Assembly: GCF_009914755.1 (NCBI RefSeq)
Contig: NC_060937.1
DNA from: the human T2T-CHM13v2.0 reference genome, Homo sapiens
Length of the DNA: 64,000 nucleotides
Strand: one strand, 5' to 3'
In this document: positions 26,101 through 38,756 of the stretch, one piece after another
How the letters are laid out: the number at the start of each line of letters is the position of its first letter
Position numbering within the stretch: position 1 is the first letter of the stretch
Notes under the pieces: generated by a model
The model's database searches: none
What the model was told of the DNA's origin: nothing
The model's input: the letters and a program-made list of their open reading frames with translations, nothing else
Made by a program: the position numbers and the translations under genes

Positions 26101-29100
26101 TGAGGAAATAGTCCACGTTTCATTTCAGTCAACATAAAATGACATTGAAATGTCTTCAAATGTTTCCAGGAAATTCATGCTAAACAGTCTGTCTGTTATA
26201 CTTGACATTGAATAAGAACAGAAATCCCTGTATTTAATAAAGCCCTTACTAAGAATTTAGATAATGAAGCTGCATGCTCAGGATAACTTATTACAAATTA
26301 AGATACTTATAATATCTTAACATACTTAATAAATAAGCATACATAAAACACATATAAAAATGTGAAAATGTGATGATTTGTACAATGAAGAATATCACAT
26401 ATATATCATTTCCTCCAAGTGAAATGTATTGGTATAATTTTGAAGCCAAACTCCTGAAATATAAACCAAACCAAACAAACACAACAGGATGATTGTCCTT
26501 GGTTTGCTCTGATGGACATTTTGATTCAGGCTTTCTGCCATTATTTGTGTCAATGAAAATCTTGAAAAATTATCTGCTCAGTAAATTTTGTAAAGTGCAC
26601 AAAAATATGCATGGAACATCGGAAACCAGCAAATGACCCTATCCAAAATAGATCCTTCCAGGAATCTTTGAGACTGTTCACATTTAGAAGCGGCAGTGGT
26701 TACATTAAGGAGTTATGAAGGAGTCCCAATTCTGAAGTGCTTTCAATGCTTGTGGATAACTGGCAACTTCTTTCTCTTTTATTAAAAGTACTCTGCCAGA
26801 AAAGCCTACTTCAGTCAAAACACACTTCCACTTAAGAGTTGTTTTATTTTTTTCTGAACATTTTCGTAAAGTAAATATTGAAGTTTTCTTCCTCCTTTTC
26901 TCTCTTTTCTGATAGGAAGTGAGATTCTAGTTTGTCAGGAAACAACTGTGATTCCGGCTTCCTTTTTTTAAGTTTAGTTATTCATTCATGGTTCTGAATT
27001 TTGTTATATAGGTGCCCAGAGGCAAGTGGAAGCATTTTTATACAAACAAAGTAGATAAACAATGTAGGAAAGATGCTCTAATGGACTGTTTCTCTGCTCC
27101 CCTCATGTAGCCTACAGCATTTTTTTATTCTGCAAGTATTACAGTTCATCTGAAAAGACTTCCGAAATCATCATTTTCAGGCTTAACTTTCTTTTTTATT
27201 CAGTTTCTTATCAGCAGCTGAAAATAGGATGCTAGGATGCTTAAACTTTCTATCAGACCTTCATTTTTCAAATGAGAGATAATTTTCAGAAAAATAAAAT
27301 GGTTTTATCTTTGCAATTATTCATATCTACTTAGGGTATTTTTAATAGCAGAGGTGAAAGTGGGGCAGGAGGAAACGTGAGAGGAAGTACACATCGCAGA
27401 TATAAAGCTGGGAATGTGTATCTACCAGAATAGCAACAACATGCTGTTTGGTTACAATCTAAACAGTCAGGGCCCAGTCTTCAGCTCTCCTGTTCAGGCA
27501 GCCTGCAGTGTCCCTGGAGAGAGTCTACGCTTGCCTTACATTAAAGTGACCTCTTTGACTCATGTTCACAGCCGTGTTAATAAGCTTGAAAAAGGTGCCC
27601 TATCCAGTTATATTTTTTGAAAAACCAGAAGAAATAATAACTGAGACTGAGTACATTTGGAATAAGGCCAGGGAATTTGGGGACTGTCTTATAATTACTA
27701 CCTTTTCCATAGCCAAAATTGTTTCTTTGTATTTCATGGACACATTTACAATGTCCACTGTTTATACATTCCCTCAATGAGTATCAGGAGAATGCCTTTG
27801 CAGATAAATTGCTAAGAAATAGCTTGGGTATGGGCCAGTTCTCTTTTTGTTTTTGGTATGTGACCTCACTGTCAAAGCATTCCATCCTTCCTCTCTTCCC
27901 ACCCCCTATCCCAGTAAATGAGTATGCATTACATGCAGGATAAAACTATCATATCCTTAAACAAATGTCCTTTTCAAAAGTGTAATATAAAGCAGACCCA
28001 GAAAGTCGGCTGCTATAACGATTTCATGTTTTGCTGATCCCGGTCTTTTCTTCTGAAAGGCTTCTTAGTGGTCCCCAGTGAAAAGTTGAGATCAGCATTT
28101 AAATGCAGGTCTATCTTTTTAACATACTTTAAGTCCTCAGAATTCACTAAGTCTCAGTGGCTTTGAGAATTTATAAGCGTATCTAAGATGTTAAGGCTAC
28201 CTCCATGTCTTTTTTTTTTTTCATCCTGCAAAATTACATTAATTGGAATTTGTATTTTTCTTCCCCTCTGTGATTTGAAGGAAATATACTACTGAATAAG
28301 ATTTCTTCAAGACCATTTCTTTGTGTGAAGCAGCTTTCCCCAGACAGTTAGGGACCAATTATAGGAATACTTATAGTCTTTGAATTTTTACAGCTGATGT
28401 ACACTGGTTCCTCTCCTAGGTAACAGTAACATGCACATGTGCAATGAGTCACAGGAAAGAAAAAAAAAAGAAAAAAGTAATTATGTTGTTTCTTGTTATA
28501 TGCAATAACCAGCATTTGGTTAGAACACCCGTGCAAGTTTTAATTTTAAATGAGAAGATGAAGGCAAAAGAAGCCAACTTCTTTTTTTTAATTACCACTT
28601 TTCTGCATCAATCAACATATTCATTTAAATTTAAAACTTAGCATTTTATATTTCAGTCATGTTTTTCTTCGATGTCCTTTGAAGTCCTTATCTATGTTCT
28701 TTACACATGTCATAAAGACATTTTTATTAACCATTAAAAGCCTGAGAAAAAGCTGATTGAGGTTTGAATGTTTCATATTCTTAAAGGTTTCAGTCTACAT
28801 GTTAAATGGCAAAAATATAGCCACTGAAAACTGTCCCAGGATGAATTTAACAAATAGACATTAATTTGATCTTTAAAAGATGTATTATATTAAGTTTTTG
28901 ATTCCTATGATGGAAAACTATTATATGATTTTGCCAGTTCTAGGTAGGAATGGAATCATCCAATGAACAAACTTTTACTGCAAGGCTGCAACTACAGTAA
29001 GGCACCTATAGAGCAAAACTTACAAAGGTTTTTACCTTACCTTTAGGTTCATGCTCAAATTTGAGCTCTCAAGTTCCTGCTCTAACCTACTACATGGCAC

Positions 29101-29254
29101 CATAGCCCTTATAGACCGACTACATGCCAATGATATTGTAGGTCTCTTGAAGAAATATTAAGATGAATAATTACATTTAAAAAATGATAAGATAGAAACT
29201 TGGCCTGCTAGAATTTGTGAGTCTTGAAAACTTTCCTATCAGTATGAAAACAGG

Positions 29255-29500
29255 TAGCATAATATAACAAAGACATGGGCTCCTGTTGCTGACGGCCTGA
29301 GCTGGAATTCTGCTTTACTTCCTATGCGTGTCATGTTGGATATGACAATTTCAATATTTCTAAGTCTCATTTTCTTTATGAATTCTTTATAGTCATAGTA
29401 CCTACTTTAAAGGTGTGATGAGAATTCAGTAAGATATTTTAAGCAGTGCCCAGCACATTGTTAGGCTCTGATAAATATTTATTATTGTGATTATCATTAT
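29255..29500 (+). mobile_element. MIR
   Basis: ggcctgagctggaattctgctttactt...tctaagtctcattttcttt...gtgatgagaatt...agcagtgcccagcacat. Confidence 0.6.
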
Positions 29501-30049
29501 CATTGTATTTACAGGAAAGGAAGGAAACAAATCTGAACAAAACATCAACTTTCATACAAAAGAAAGGAACATTAAAGGGAAAATAAAACTGTAAATACTG
29601 CTAATGGTCACGAATTTTTATTTGATTTTTTATGATTACTAGTTATCCTAAGATCACAAAGGAATTACGATTTCAACTTCCATGAAGAAAAATTACGTTA
29701 AAGATTTTTGCTTTGTATAAAAAAAAACCCTAAGATTATTAACTTTAAAGCTAAATAATGGCAGTAGTAATAAAAATACATTTGTATGGCATTTGAGTTC
29801 TAAAAACTATGCTTTTAGCCGAACACTTTCATGCAAATTAGCATGTTTAATCGTTATGAACACCCCATATGGTATTTTTAATCCCCATTTTGCAAATAAA
29901 AAACTAAGACCCAAGGTTACAGCACTTCTTAGTGGTATTGATACTCACTTTTGAAGCCAAAATTTCAAAAATAAAAGTCTTTTCAGGTCATATGTAGGCA
30001 AGAATATTTGCAGTTTATATTTTAATAATAAAACATAATTTGAGTTTTA

Positions 30050-30344
30050 TTTATTTTATTTTTATTTTTTTGATATGGAGTCTCACTCTGTCACTCAGGC
30101 TGACGTGCAGTGCTCCGTGCAACATCTGCCTCCCAGGTTCAAGTGATTATCCTGCCTCAACTTCCCAAGTAGCTGGGATAACAGGCATATGCCACCACGT
30201 TCAGCTAATTTTTAAAATATTTTTAGTAGAGATGGGGCTTCACCATGTTGGCCAGGCTGGCCTCGAACTCCCGACCTCAAGTGATCTACCTGCCTCAGCT
30301 TCCCGAAGTGATGGGATTACAGGCATGAGCCACTGTGCCTGGCC
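30050..30344 (-). mobile_element. Alu SINE, AluSz/Sx-like
   Basis: Reverse dimer with a small internal deletion; perfect 16-bp TSD CATAATTTGAGTTTTA at 30034 and 30345. Confidence 0.95.
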
Positions 30345-33175
30345 CATAATTTGAGTTTTAATCAATACAAAAAGCCCAAAGTGTTGGTTTCCATACAAGT
30401 CAGAAAAAATCAGTATTAATAGAGAGTATTAATTTTATTAAGCCACATTTTGACTGCATTAGTAGGTAAAAAGGATGGAAAACTAGGACATCTTAAACAA
30501 ATGTTAATCAGAAATATAATCATTAGTTTTCATATTCATTTCAATGGCCCCAGGGTGTTCCCTCATTCAATCCGTTGGTTTTGCCCTAATAATAAGTATT
30601 TTAAGTCATGTGATTCTTAAACACAATACATCCAAAACATGTGCCAATAATTATATCCAGAAGTGAGAACAATAATTTCTAAATAACTAGAAAACCATTT
30701 GCAACTAACATAAACTTGTTTTAAATTTACCAATAAAACCACTGGCAAATAAAGTAACTTGTACTCGCCCTTTGTAAACACAGGTGTTAGTGGTGTTCCC
30801 TAATCTAATAGAACTCCAGGAAGACTGTATCTTTCCACTGCACTACTATTGGCAAGCACAGTTAGTCTTTAATCCCTTTTAATCCAACCTACATATACAA
30901 CAAGATTAGCTTTCTTGTTTAACCAACTTTGTAAGTCTCACTGCCCAAGGCCTTCCAATTGCTTCCCACCATCCACTGCCTAAGTAAACCTTAGTTTAGT
31001 CTTAATCATAAGACTAGATTCAACATGCACCATATATGAATTATACTTAAAATACTGTTCCCTCTGCCCTCACTTATTTTAATCCAGAAAAATTCTCCAT
31101 CTTTTTCAAAGTCCAGTGGAAGGCTCATCCTCTTTTTGAGGGTCTCTTTGGCCATTTTATTCAAAACTCATCATTTGATGAGTACCAATAGCTCCTTTTT
31201 TAAAAAAAAATCACATTCATGTGTTTTATCTCTGTACTATCTTGAAATAGGGCCATTTATTGTGATTTCTCTGCTACTAAAGTCAAACTGATAAGTAGGG
31301 ATGGAATTGTTTCTTAACGTTTGTATCCCCCAATTTGTTCCTCTTTAGGGATATTAACGTTTAATGCAATGAAAGAACATGACCTTATTTCCTACAGCCT
31401 TTGCACATCTCTTCATGGGTTTCTGGTTGTGGGTGTCTGTGTCTGAGATGCAAAAAGCAGAATTGGGTTCTACTGGTAAACTCAGAGCTCCTACTTCTTT
31501 TATTGTTTGCCTGAAAAAAAATAGGCATAGTTTTGACTTAGGTAGGGGATCTAAGAGTACTGCATCATTCCCAAATCCAACACTGTTAGAGTTAGAAGAT
31601 CCTGTATGATTCAAGCACCTGGTTTCACACAGTGACTAAGGATGGGGAATATATCCCTTCTACAAGCTGGCAAAGCTTTTGCTCTATACTTAGAGGAAGA
31701 AAAAAATTCATCTTTTCAATCTATCAAAACTGAGGCACATAATAATTGAGAGGAGAAACTTATCATTATGCTCAGGGACTTTATGCTTTTGAGGCCTCAT
31801 AAAGGACTCAGGAAGTATCAGCCCTTGTATAGCTGCAGGCAACATCTCCACCCAATTCTAGGCCACACTCATTTTTAAGGCACCAAAGCTCAAATGCACT
31901 CAGGGTCCTTGCATCATCATTTTGCCTAAAGAGAGATAATTTTTTTTTTGTTACAAGACTATATGAATGAACTAAAAGACTCTTAAGGATACTTTCTCAT
32001 CTCATAAAACTCTCATCCCAAGTTACATGAGATAAACTGAAATAGTATTTTACAAATTCCTCCAAATTGTATCTTCTTATAGCTGAAGAACTTACAAGAC
32101 TTTTTGTGTCCTATTTGTTCCAAGAATTGTAAATTTTACATGAAATAAAAGCATAATCTGCCTTTTGGAAGTGAGAACATTCCATACACCCAGAAGAAAC
32201 CTGTATGTTTTACTGTTGATAGGAAACGGAACTCTGCCAGGCAGTGAACTAATGAATTACAATTTGGCAGCGCTCCATGCCTGATACAATTTAGTTCAAA
32301 TTTATGAAATCCACTGGTTCCAGAAATCCACTTGTGCCTAAGGCCTCTCTGTACAGCTCAGAGTAAAAAGCATGACATTGCTAGACTTCTGATTTTACCT
32401 TATTGATAAAGAAAAATTTACAAACAACAGATTTTTCAACCTAAATCTCTGAACATTTCTTCAATTTTTCAACAACAGTAAATCAGTTAAAATCAGCATA
32501 TCTTTGGTAGATAGCAGAATATTTCTCAATCTCTCATTAAATCGAATCCCCTTAGACATAGCTGACCTACACATCTCAAGAAAATGTCTGCAGCCTCATA
32601 ATGACTGATGCCCTTGTGGAAAGGAAGGAATATAAAGCTTGTTCAAAGGCGTGTTGTCTCATCCTTATATTCTTTAAACAAAATAGCCCCCACTTTTTTT
32701 TCCAAGTGAGGGAAAAAGAGTAAAGCCTCTTGATTCATATGAAGAAAGAATCATCATTACTGCTACTTAAAACTCACGTTCTTTGGGCAAACCTCTTTAA
32801 AAATCACACTGAAGGAGTAAGAATGAGGAAGATGAGAAGGTTTTATGTTTTTAATACCTAGGAAGAATAAATCTAGGATGGTAATTAGAGGAATGAGGCT
32901 TAGGCCTCAAGGAAACAATGTTTTCTTTCTAAAACGCATAGAGGGTAATGACACTTCCTATGTATCCCCCGCCCCAGTGAAGAATTCCAGACACTTCTCC
33001 AACTAGCCCTCATCACTCCCACCTGGAAGTGCACTCATTCTCACTTCTGGGTTTATGGACATGCTCGCCTCTCCCTCTTTCCTGCTTGCCCTTGGATACC
33101 TGGATGGCCTTATGACCCAGTCTAGGCAGCCTCTTTGTAACTCCTCTCTGACTAAATTAGTTTTCCCTTTCACAG

Positions 33176-33477
33176 TTTTTTTTTTTTTAAGATAGGGTCT
33201 CTCTCCGTCCTGCAGTCTAGAGTGCAATGGTGCGATCATGGCTCACTATAGCCTCAAACTCCTGGGTCCAAGCAATCCTTCTGCCTCAGCCTCCTCAGTA
33301 GCTGGAACTGGAACTATAGGCATGTGCCACTGCACTTGGCTGATTTGTTATTTTTTTTTGCAGATATGGTGGTCTCCCTATGTTGTCCCAGCTGGTCTTG
33401 AACTCAGGGCTCAAGTGATCCTCCCACCTTGGCTTCCCAAGCGTGGGGATTATAGGAGTTGGCCACCACTCCCAGCC
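33176..33477 (-). mobile_element. Alu SINE, AluJ
   Basis: Reverse dimer with J-type GCTCACTATAGCCTCAAACTCCTGGG and GGCTCAAGTGATCCTCCC; lies in L2-like flanks. Confidence 0.9.
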
Positions 33478-34180
33478 CACAACATTTTAAAAACAAGTAT
33501 CTTATAGCACTTTTCACAATACACTTAACTTGTTTAAACATATTTTCTGTTTTTCAGATTATGAGCCTCTCACCTAGAAACGTCTGTTTCATAACATCTA
33601 TGGATGTCGTTTTCACCTTTGTATTGTGTGAAATGCCTTACACATTAAGGGCATTCCATATGGTTGATGGAAGTTATATACTTAAGCAAGTTTCTAAAAA
33701 ATAGATACATTTTAAAACCCTTTAGTATCTACCCTCTTTGCTAACTTAGAGGTTTCTACTGTGATGCTTTTATTCACAGTTACAGGAGGTTTACCATTTG
33801 CTGAAATAATACATTTACAGTCTAATAGGCACTGATGAAAAATGTAGTTTACTCTGAAACAACTGAATTGCCAAAGGAAATCATGTTGTATAAATGACAA
33901 AAGCAATACCAGTCTCATCTGGGCTTGCGACCTTAGAATTAAAAAGACACAAAATGAATATACGTGTATACTTTGGCACCTTGCTCGAGGCATATATTGT
34001 TTTGTGCAACTAACTTAAGGAGAATTGGTGAATTGAACTGAAGACAAGTGTAAAGGAAAAAGAATAAAAATAAACAGAAATTTAAAATGGCAAAAACTCT
34101 TCCTCCTATAAGACAAAAAACAGTACATGTATATAAGATAATTAAGCACTAGTTTAGAACAGGTAAGAAAAGATTCTATA

Positions 34181-34262
34181 GTCAGGTGTGGTGGCTCATG
34201 CCTGTAATCCCAGCACTTTGAGGGGCTGAAGCAGGTAGATCCCTTGAGCCCAGGAGTTTGAC
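34181..34262 (+). mobile_element. Alu left-arm fragment (J/FLAM)
   Basis: gtggtggctcatgcctgtaatcccagcactttg...ttgagcccaggagtttga, then truncated. Confidence 0.85.
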
Positions 34263-34316
34263 AAAAGATATGTAATAAGAGAATGTGATGAAATTAGATA
34301 AAAAGAAGTGATTATA

Positions 34317-34609
34317 GGCCAGATGTGGTGGCTCATGCCAGTAATTCCAGCACTCTGGAAGGTGGGTGGATCACCTTAGGTTAGGTGGATCGCCTGGGCA
34401 ACATGGCAAAACCTCGTCTCTATGAAAATACAAAAATTAGCTGGGCACGGCGGTAAGTGCCTATAGTCCCAGCTATTGGGGAGGCTGAGGCAGGAGGATG
34501 ATTTGAGCCTGGGAGATGAGGCTACAGTGAGCCACGATTTTGCCACTACACTCCAGACAGGGAAACAGACGGAGACCCTGTCTCAAAAAAAAAAAAAAAA
34601 AAAAAAAAA

Positions 34610-34610
<1 letters not shown>
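34317..34610 (+). mobile_element. Alu SINE, AluJ, internally rearranged
   Basis: Dimer with J-type right arm (GAGGCTACAGTGAGCC) and poly-A tail. Confidence 0.9.

Positions 34611-34615
<5 letters not shown>

Positions 34616-34660
<45 letters not shown>
34616..34660. repeat. (CA)n microsatellite at the Alu tail
   Basis: About 19 CA units seen directly. Confidence 0.95.
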
Positions 34661-34715
34661 AGATACTCTCTTTTTTGATAACTTATGTTGTGTTAAGTAA
34701 TTTTGATCTGTAATC

Positions 34716-35003
34716 TTTTTTTTTTTTTTTTTGAGACAGAGTCTCTGTCTGTCACCTAGGCTAGAGTACAGTGGCAAGATCTTGGCTCACTGCAACCTCC
34801 GCCTCTGGATCCAAATGATTCTCCTGCCTCAGCCTCCCTAGTAGCTGGTACTACAGGTGCGTGTCACCACACCCAGCAAATTTTTTGTATTTTTAGTAAT
34901 GCAAAAGAGACAGGGTTTTGCCATGTTGGTCAGTCTGGTCTCGAACTCCTGATCTCAGGTGATCCACCCACCTGAGTGGTGGGTGGGTGGCATGAGCCTG
35001 GCC
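34716..35003 (-). mobile_element. Alu SINE, AluSx-like, with rearranged 5' end
   Basis: Poly-T then reverse Alu to GTGATCCACCCACC, an aberrant segment, then CCTGGCC. Confidence 0.9.
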
Positions 35004-35307
35004 TATAATTATTTCTTTTTACCTAATTTCATCACATTCTCTTACTGTGTTTCTTTTGTCAAAGGTGTTTTACTTTCTGTACAGACGGTTTTCAATTTTG
35101 TATTTTGTCATTCCATCCCAGCTTACCAAATATTTCACAATTTCTCACCAATTTGCCCTTTTAAACTTATATCAGTTATTTTTCAGAAGCAAACTAAAAC
35201 TGTCTGGAACTGAATGCAAACGGCCAGCAGGCTCAAGTTATTCCAGTATCATTTCCAAATCTTTCAGGTTTTTCAGAGATATTTCAGTGCTTCAGGCTTT
35301 TCTAATA

Positions 35308-35367
35308 TTTTGAAATTTGTTATAAGGTTTTGAAATTTGTTATAAGGTTTTGAAATTTGTTTTAAGA
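35308..35367. repeat. 20-bp minisatellite, 3 copies (TTTTGAAATTTGTTATAAGG)
   Basis: Two perfect units and one near-perfect unit. Confidence 0.92.
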
Positions 35368-35924
35368 TTTGGTGGTCAGTTGATATTACTGTATCAGAGG
35401 TTAGAATGTTCCATAAGCATGGGAAGATTTCCAAATGGAAAAGAGGTGTAGAAAACAAAACTGATTTATTTTGAAATTGGATCATAACCTTAAATTGTAA
35501 TTATCAAACTTATGAAAAACAACTATTGTTGCATTTTTAAAATAACAAGGGAGCATATGTTAGATGCTTGATGTGTTCCATGACGTGATTTTTTAAAAGT
35601 TATCCTCTCTTCAAGTCTCAGGGGCATCCTCCTTTTCCCTCTGTGTTTTCTAAGGAATTAGCAATGTTGTCAGAAGCTAGATACCCTAAAGGAAATATAG
35701 AGAACACTAAGAATTGTACAAAGAGGGGTAAAACATTTGAGTCACTCTGAAATGACCAACAAAAGGAAGCTGTTTTGTGGGAATAATAATAATAATTATT
35801 ATTATTATAGTAAAAGCAGTGGCAATCTCATCTGGCTTTTACTTAGGTGTCTAAATTCTATTCATACCTTAGAAACCCAACTCAAATATTAACACAATCT
35901 CAAAATCTATGCCTGCTACAGCGT

Positions 35925-37175
35925 TTTTGGCTTGCTCTTCTTCCTGCCTGGAACGTTCACCTCCCTGATTCTCACATTGCTGGCCAATTTCATCCTTCAG
36001 GTCTCAGCTCAAATACAGTATCTTTAAGGATGCCGGAGATACAGGAGTGCTGGGAAGGCAAGACCATGGTCCCTTTAAATGATACGGGAGTGCTGGGTAG
36101 AGGAAGGGTGTGGTCCCTGGCTAGGGCTCCACCCCCACCGACCTAGATGAGGACCTGGCACTCCTGCCTGCACGCCCAAATGTTGTATTTCCCAAGACCA
36201 TCCTGGCCCACCACGGCCCCATCCTGTGACTATAAAAACCTGAGACTCTAGCAAGGCAAAGACCGAAACGACTGGACGTGTAGAGGAGCGGATCAGCAGA
36301 AGAAGATAGAGGCAGGGGGATGTCAAATGCAGCATATCAGCGTAGGAACACACAGGCCGTTGAAGCGAGAGAGGAGCACATCAATGAAAGAAGGCACAAG
36401 CATCTGGATGGCGAGAGGATGTTGAGGGGAGCATGGCAGCTGAAGAGCACACCGACAGGACACACGCCGGCACTGTCCCGGTGGGAGTGGGATGAGGCGG
36501 AGTTTGGTGGGGGCAGTGGGAGGAGAGCCCTGGCCGTGGAGTGCCCCAACTCCAGGGGAAAACCATCTCCCTTCTGGCTCCCCCATCTGCTGAGAGCTAC
36601 TTCCACTCAATAAAAGCTTGCACTCATTCTCCAAGCCCACATGTGATCCTATTCTTTCGGTACACAAAGGCGAGAAACCCCGGGATACAGAAAGCCCTCT
36701 GTCCTTGAGATGAGGTAGAGGGTCTAATTGAGCTGGTTAACACAAGCCTATAGATGGCACACTAAGAGAGCATCCTGTAACACACGCCCACTGGGGCTTC
36801 AGCTGTAAACATTCACCCCTAGACACTGTTGTAGGGTGGGAGCCCCACAGCCTGCCGTCTGTATGCTCCTCTAGAGGTCTGAGCAGTGGGGCACTGGAGA
36901 GCCACACCCACATCGCATGCCCTGCAGGGGGACTACTGAACCTTTCCCGTTTCACTAGCATATACAATATAACCCTCTGGCCTATCGCTTTAACACATTT
37001 CCTCAGAGCGTTCAACATCATCTGTTAAATACTTGTATTATAATATTTTATCTCTTTATTTCTTTTGCTTTATAAAATAAATTGCTTATCTTTTCGGTAA
37101 TCCCCTGTATCCCTGATGCTTCGATCAATGCCTAACATATATTGAATTAATATTAATTGATGAAATAAATGGATA
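35925..37175 (+). mobile_element. L2 3' region split by the LTR1 insertion
   Basis: ttggcttgctcttcttcctgcctggaacg...caggtctcagctcaaata lies before the LTR; an L2-like 3' end (aatgcctaacatat...gatgaaataaatgga) lies after it. Confidence 0.55.
36037..36954 (+). mobile_element. ERV1 solo LTR, LTR1 family (HUERS-P2 related)
   Basis: GATACAGGAGTGCTGGGAAGG...GGTCCCTTTAAATGATACGG...GGCTAGGGCTCCACCCCCAC; ends TTTCCCGTTTCA; TATAAAA at 36231 and AATAAA at 36609; GC-rich against the background. Confidence 0.87.
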
Positions 37176-38405
37176 AACACACTCCTTCCTGAGTATGAAT
37201 ATATCTTAACTGTATCACATAACTTTTTTCACATTCTTCCTTGCCTCAACGGTTTGCATATATTTCACGTAGGTCACTTATCACTATCGGGATTTATGTA
37301 ATTTAAAAATCTCCTCCATTAAATTGCAAATTTCTTGGCAACTGGATTTTCTTATATTCATTTGTTAAAATTTGCATGCCTTTAAGACATACATATACTA
37401 ACTGCTCAAATAATATTATTTAAATGAATGGATGTAAATTATACTAAGGGCAAGTTTAAGAATTATTATTTCCTTTTTACCCAGAAGCTTAAAAACATTT
37501 CATTTTCTAAAATTCTATGAGAAGGCATATATATGATTATAGCACTGGCCTGTGCAGTGGGTGAACTGTACTGACTCTCACACCCATGCAACATCATGCA
37601 AAACTAAATGTCTGTAACTGAGTGATTTCTTTAATTGGATAGGAAATGGACAGAAAGTAAAACTTGCCATGAGAATTAATGAAAAAAATACATGTGAGTA
37701 AGCAAAATATAATTATGAATTATGGTCAATTTTTAGCCAAAATACTTATTAAATATATTTTTCCTGTGATCAGAAGGGCCTTTAGAAGAAGGCAGCCTTA
37801 AGTCTAGCACGCAGATAGATTTTTGGGGGAAGTTTGAAAGTTGAGTTTGAAACCTTAATGGGCATCATCATTTCTTCATTGCCAGCATAATTCTCTCAGT
37901 CTGGGCTCTGGCAGAGAAATAAGACAACTCTCACTGCAACCTGGGGGTTGACATTAATTAAAAACAAAAAATCATAAAGCATCTGTGGTGAGTTTAGATG
38001 CCAAATGAGATGGAGCGAGTTTAAAAGTAAACTTCTTACAAAGGTAACTGAATGTCAGAATCTCACATTTTTAAAACGAAGATAATTAAAATACTTCTCT
38101 TTAGTACATCACATGCAAGCTTTCGTGATACATAATTAGTATCACTAGACTGTCTAATATTCCTGAGAGATATTATAAAGGCATAGAGATATTAGTGCTT
38201 ATTTTAGGCCCAAAGAAAGTAAACATATGCATCCTCATTTTGCTTCATACAATGTAAGCTAATAGAACAAACACCTATTTGATTTCATATATCCATTGCT
38301 TGAATATCTATGTGGCTTGCAAACTGAGATCAGAAATTAAAAGTGCGAACTTATACTTTCAGAGTTTTTAATGCCAATGAATGAAAGGCCCTAAAGCATG
38401 AATAC

Positions 38406-38756
38406 TGCTATGGACTGAATGTGTTTTCCCAGAATTTGTTTGTTGAAGCCTAAATCCTCAATATGATAGTATTTGACAGTGGAACCTTTGAGAAGTAATT
38501 CCGTCATGAGGGCAGGGCCCTCATGAGTAGGTTAGTGCCCCTATATGAAAAAGTAGAAGGAGAATCTCTCCCTCTGTCTGCTATTCAATTAAAAAGTGGC
38601 TGTCTCCAAACCAGGAAAAGTGCTTTCACCAGACACCAGATCTGCCAGCATCTTCATCTTGGACAGTCCAGACTCCAGAACTGTGAGAAATAAATTTGCT
38701 GTTGAAGCCACCCACTCTATGATGTTCTGTTATGGCAGCCCAAACTGACTAAGATG
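38406..38756 (+). mobile_element. MLT1A-type ERVL-MaLR solo LTR
   Basis: Starts TGCTATGGACTGAATGT; contains CATGAGGGCAGGGCCCTCATGA and CTCCAGAACTGTGAGAAATAAATT; ends GCAGCCCAAACTGACTAAGA. Confidence 0.88.

Noticed and set aside
29831-29844. Overlapping octamer-like ATGCAAATTAGCAT
   Set aside because: An isolated motif within degenerate MIR-like, AT-rich sequence with no supporting context.
35308-35367. Short direct repeats as a CRISPR-like array (also 47160-47216)
   Set aside because: No spacers, primate context and no cas genes; these are ordinary minisatellites.
35847-37021. Cluster of overlapping ORFs on both strands
   Set aside because: A result of the GC-rich LTR1; no gag, pol or env similarity.
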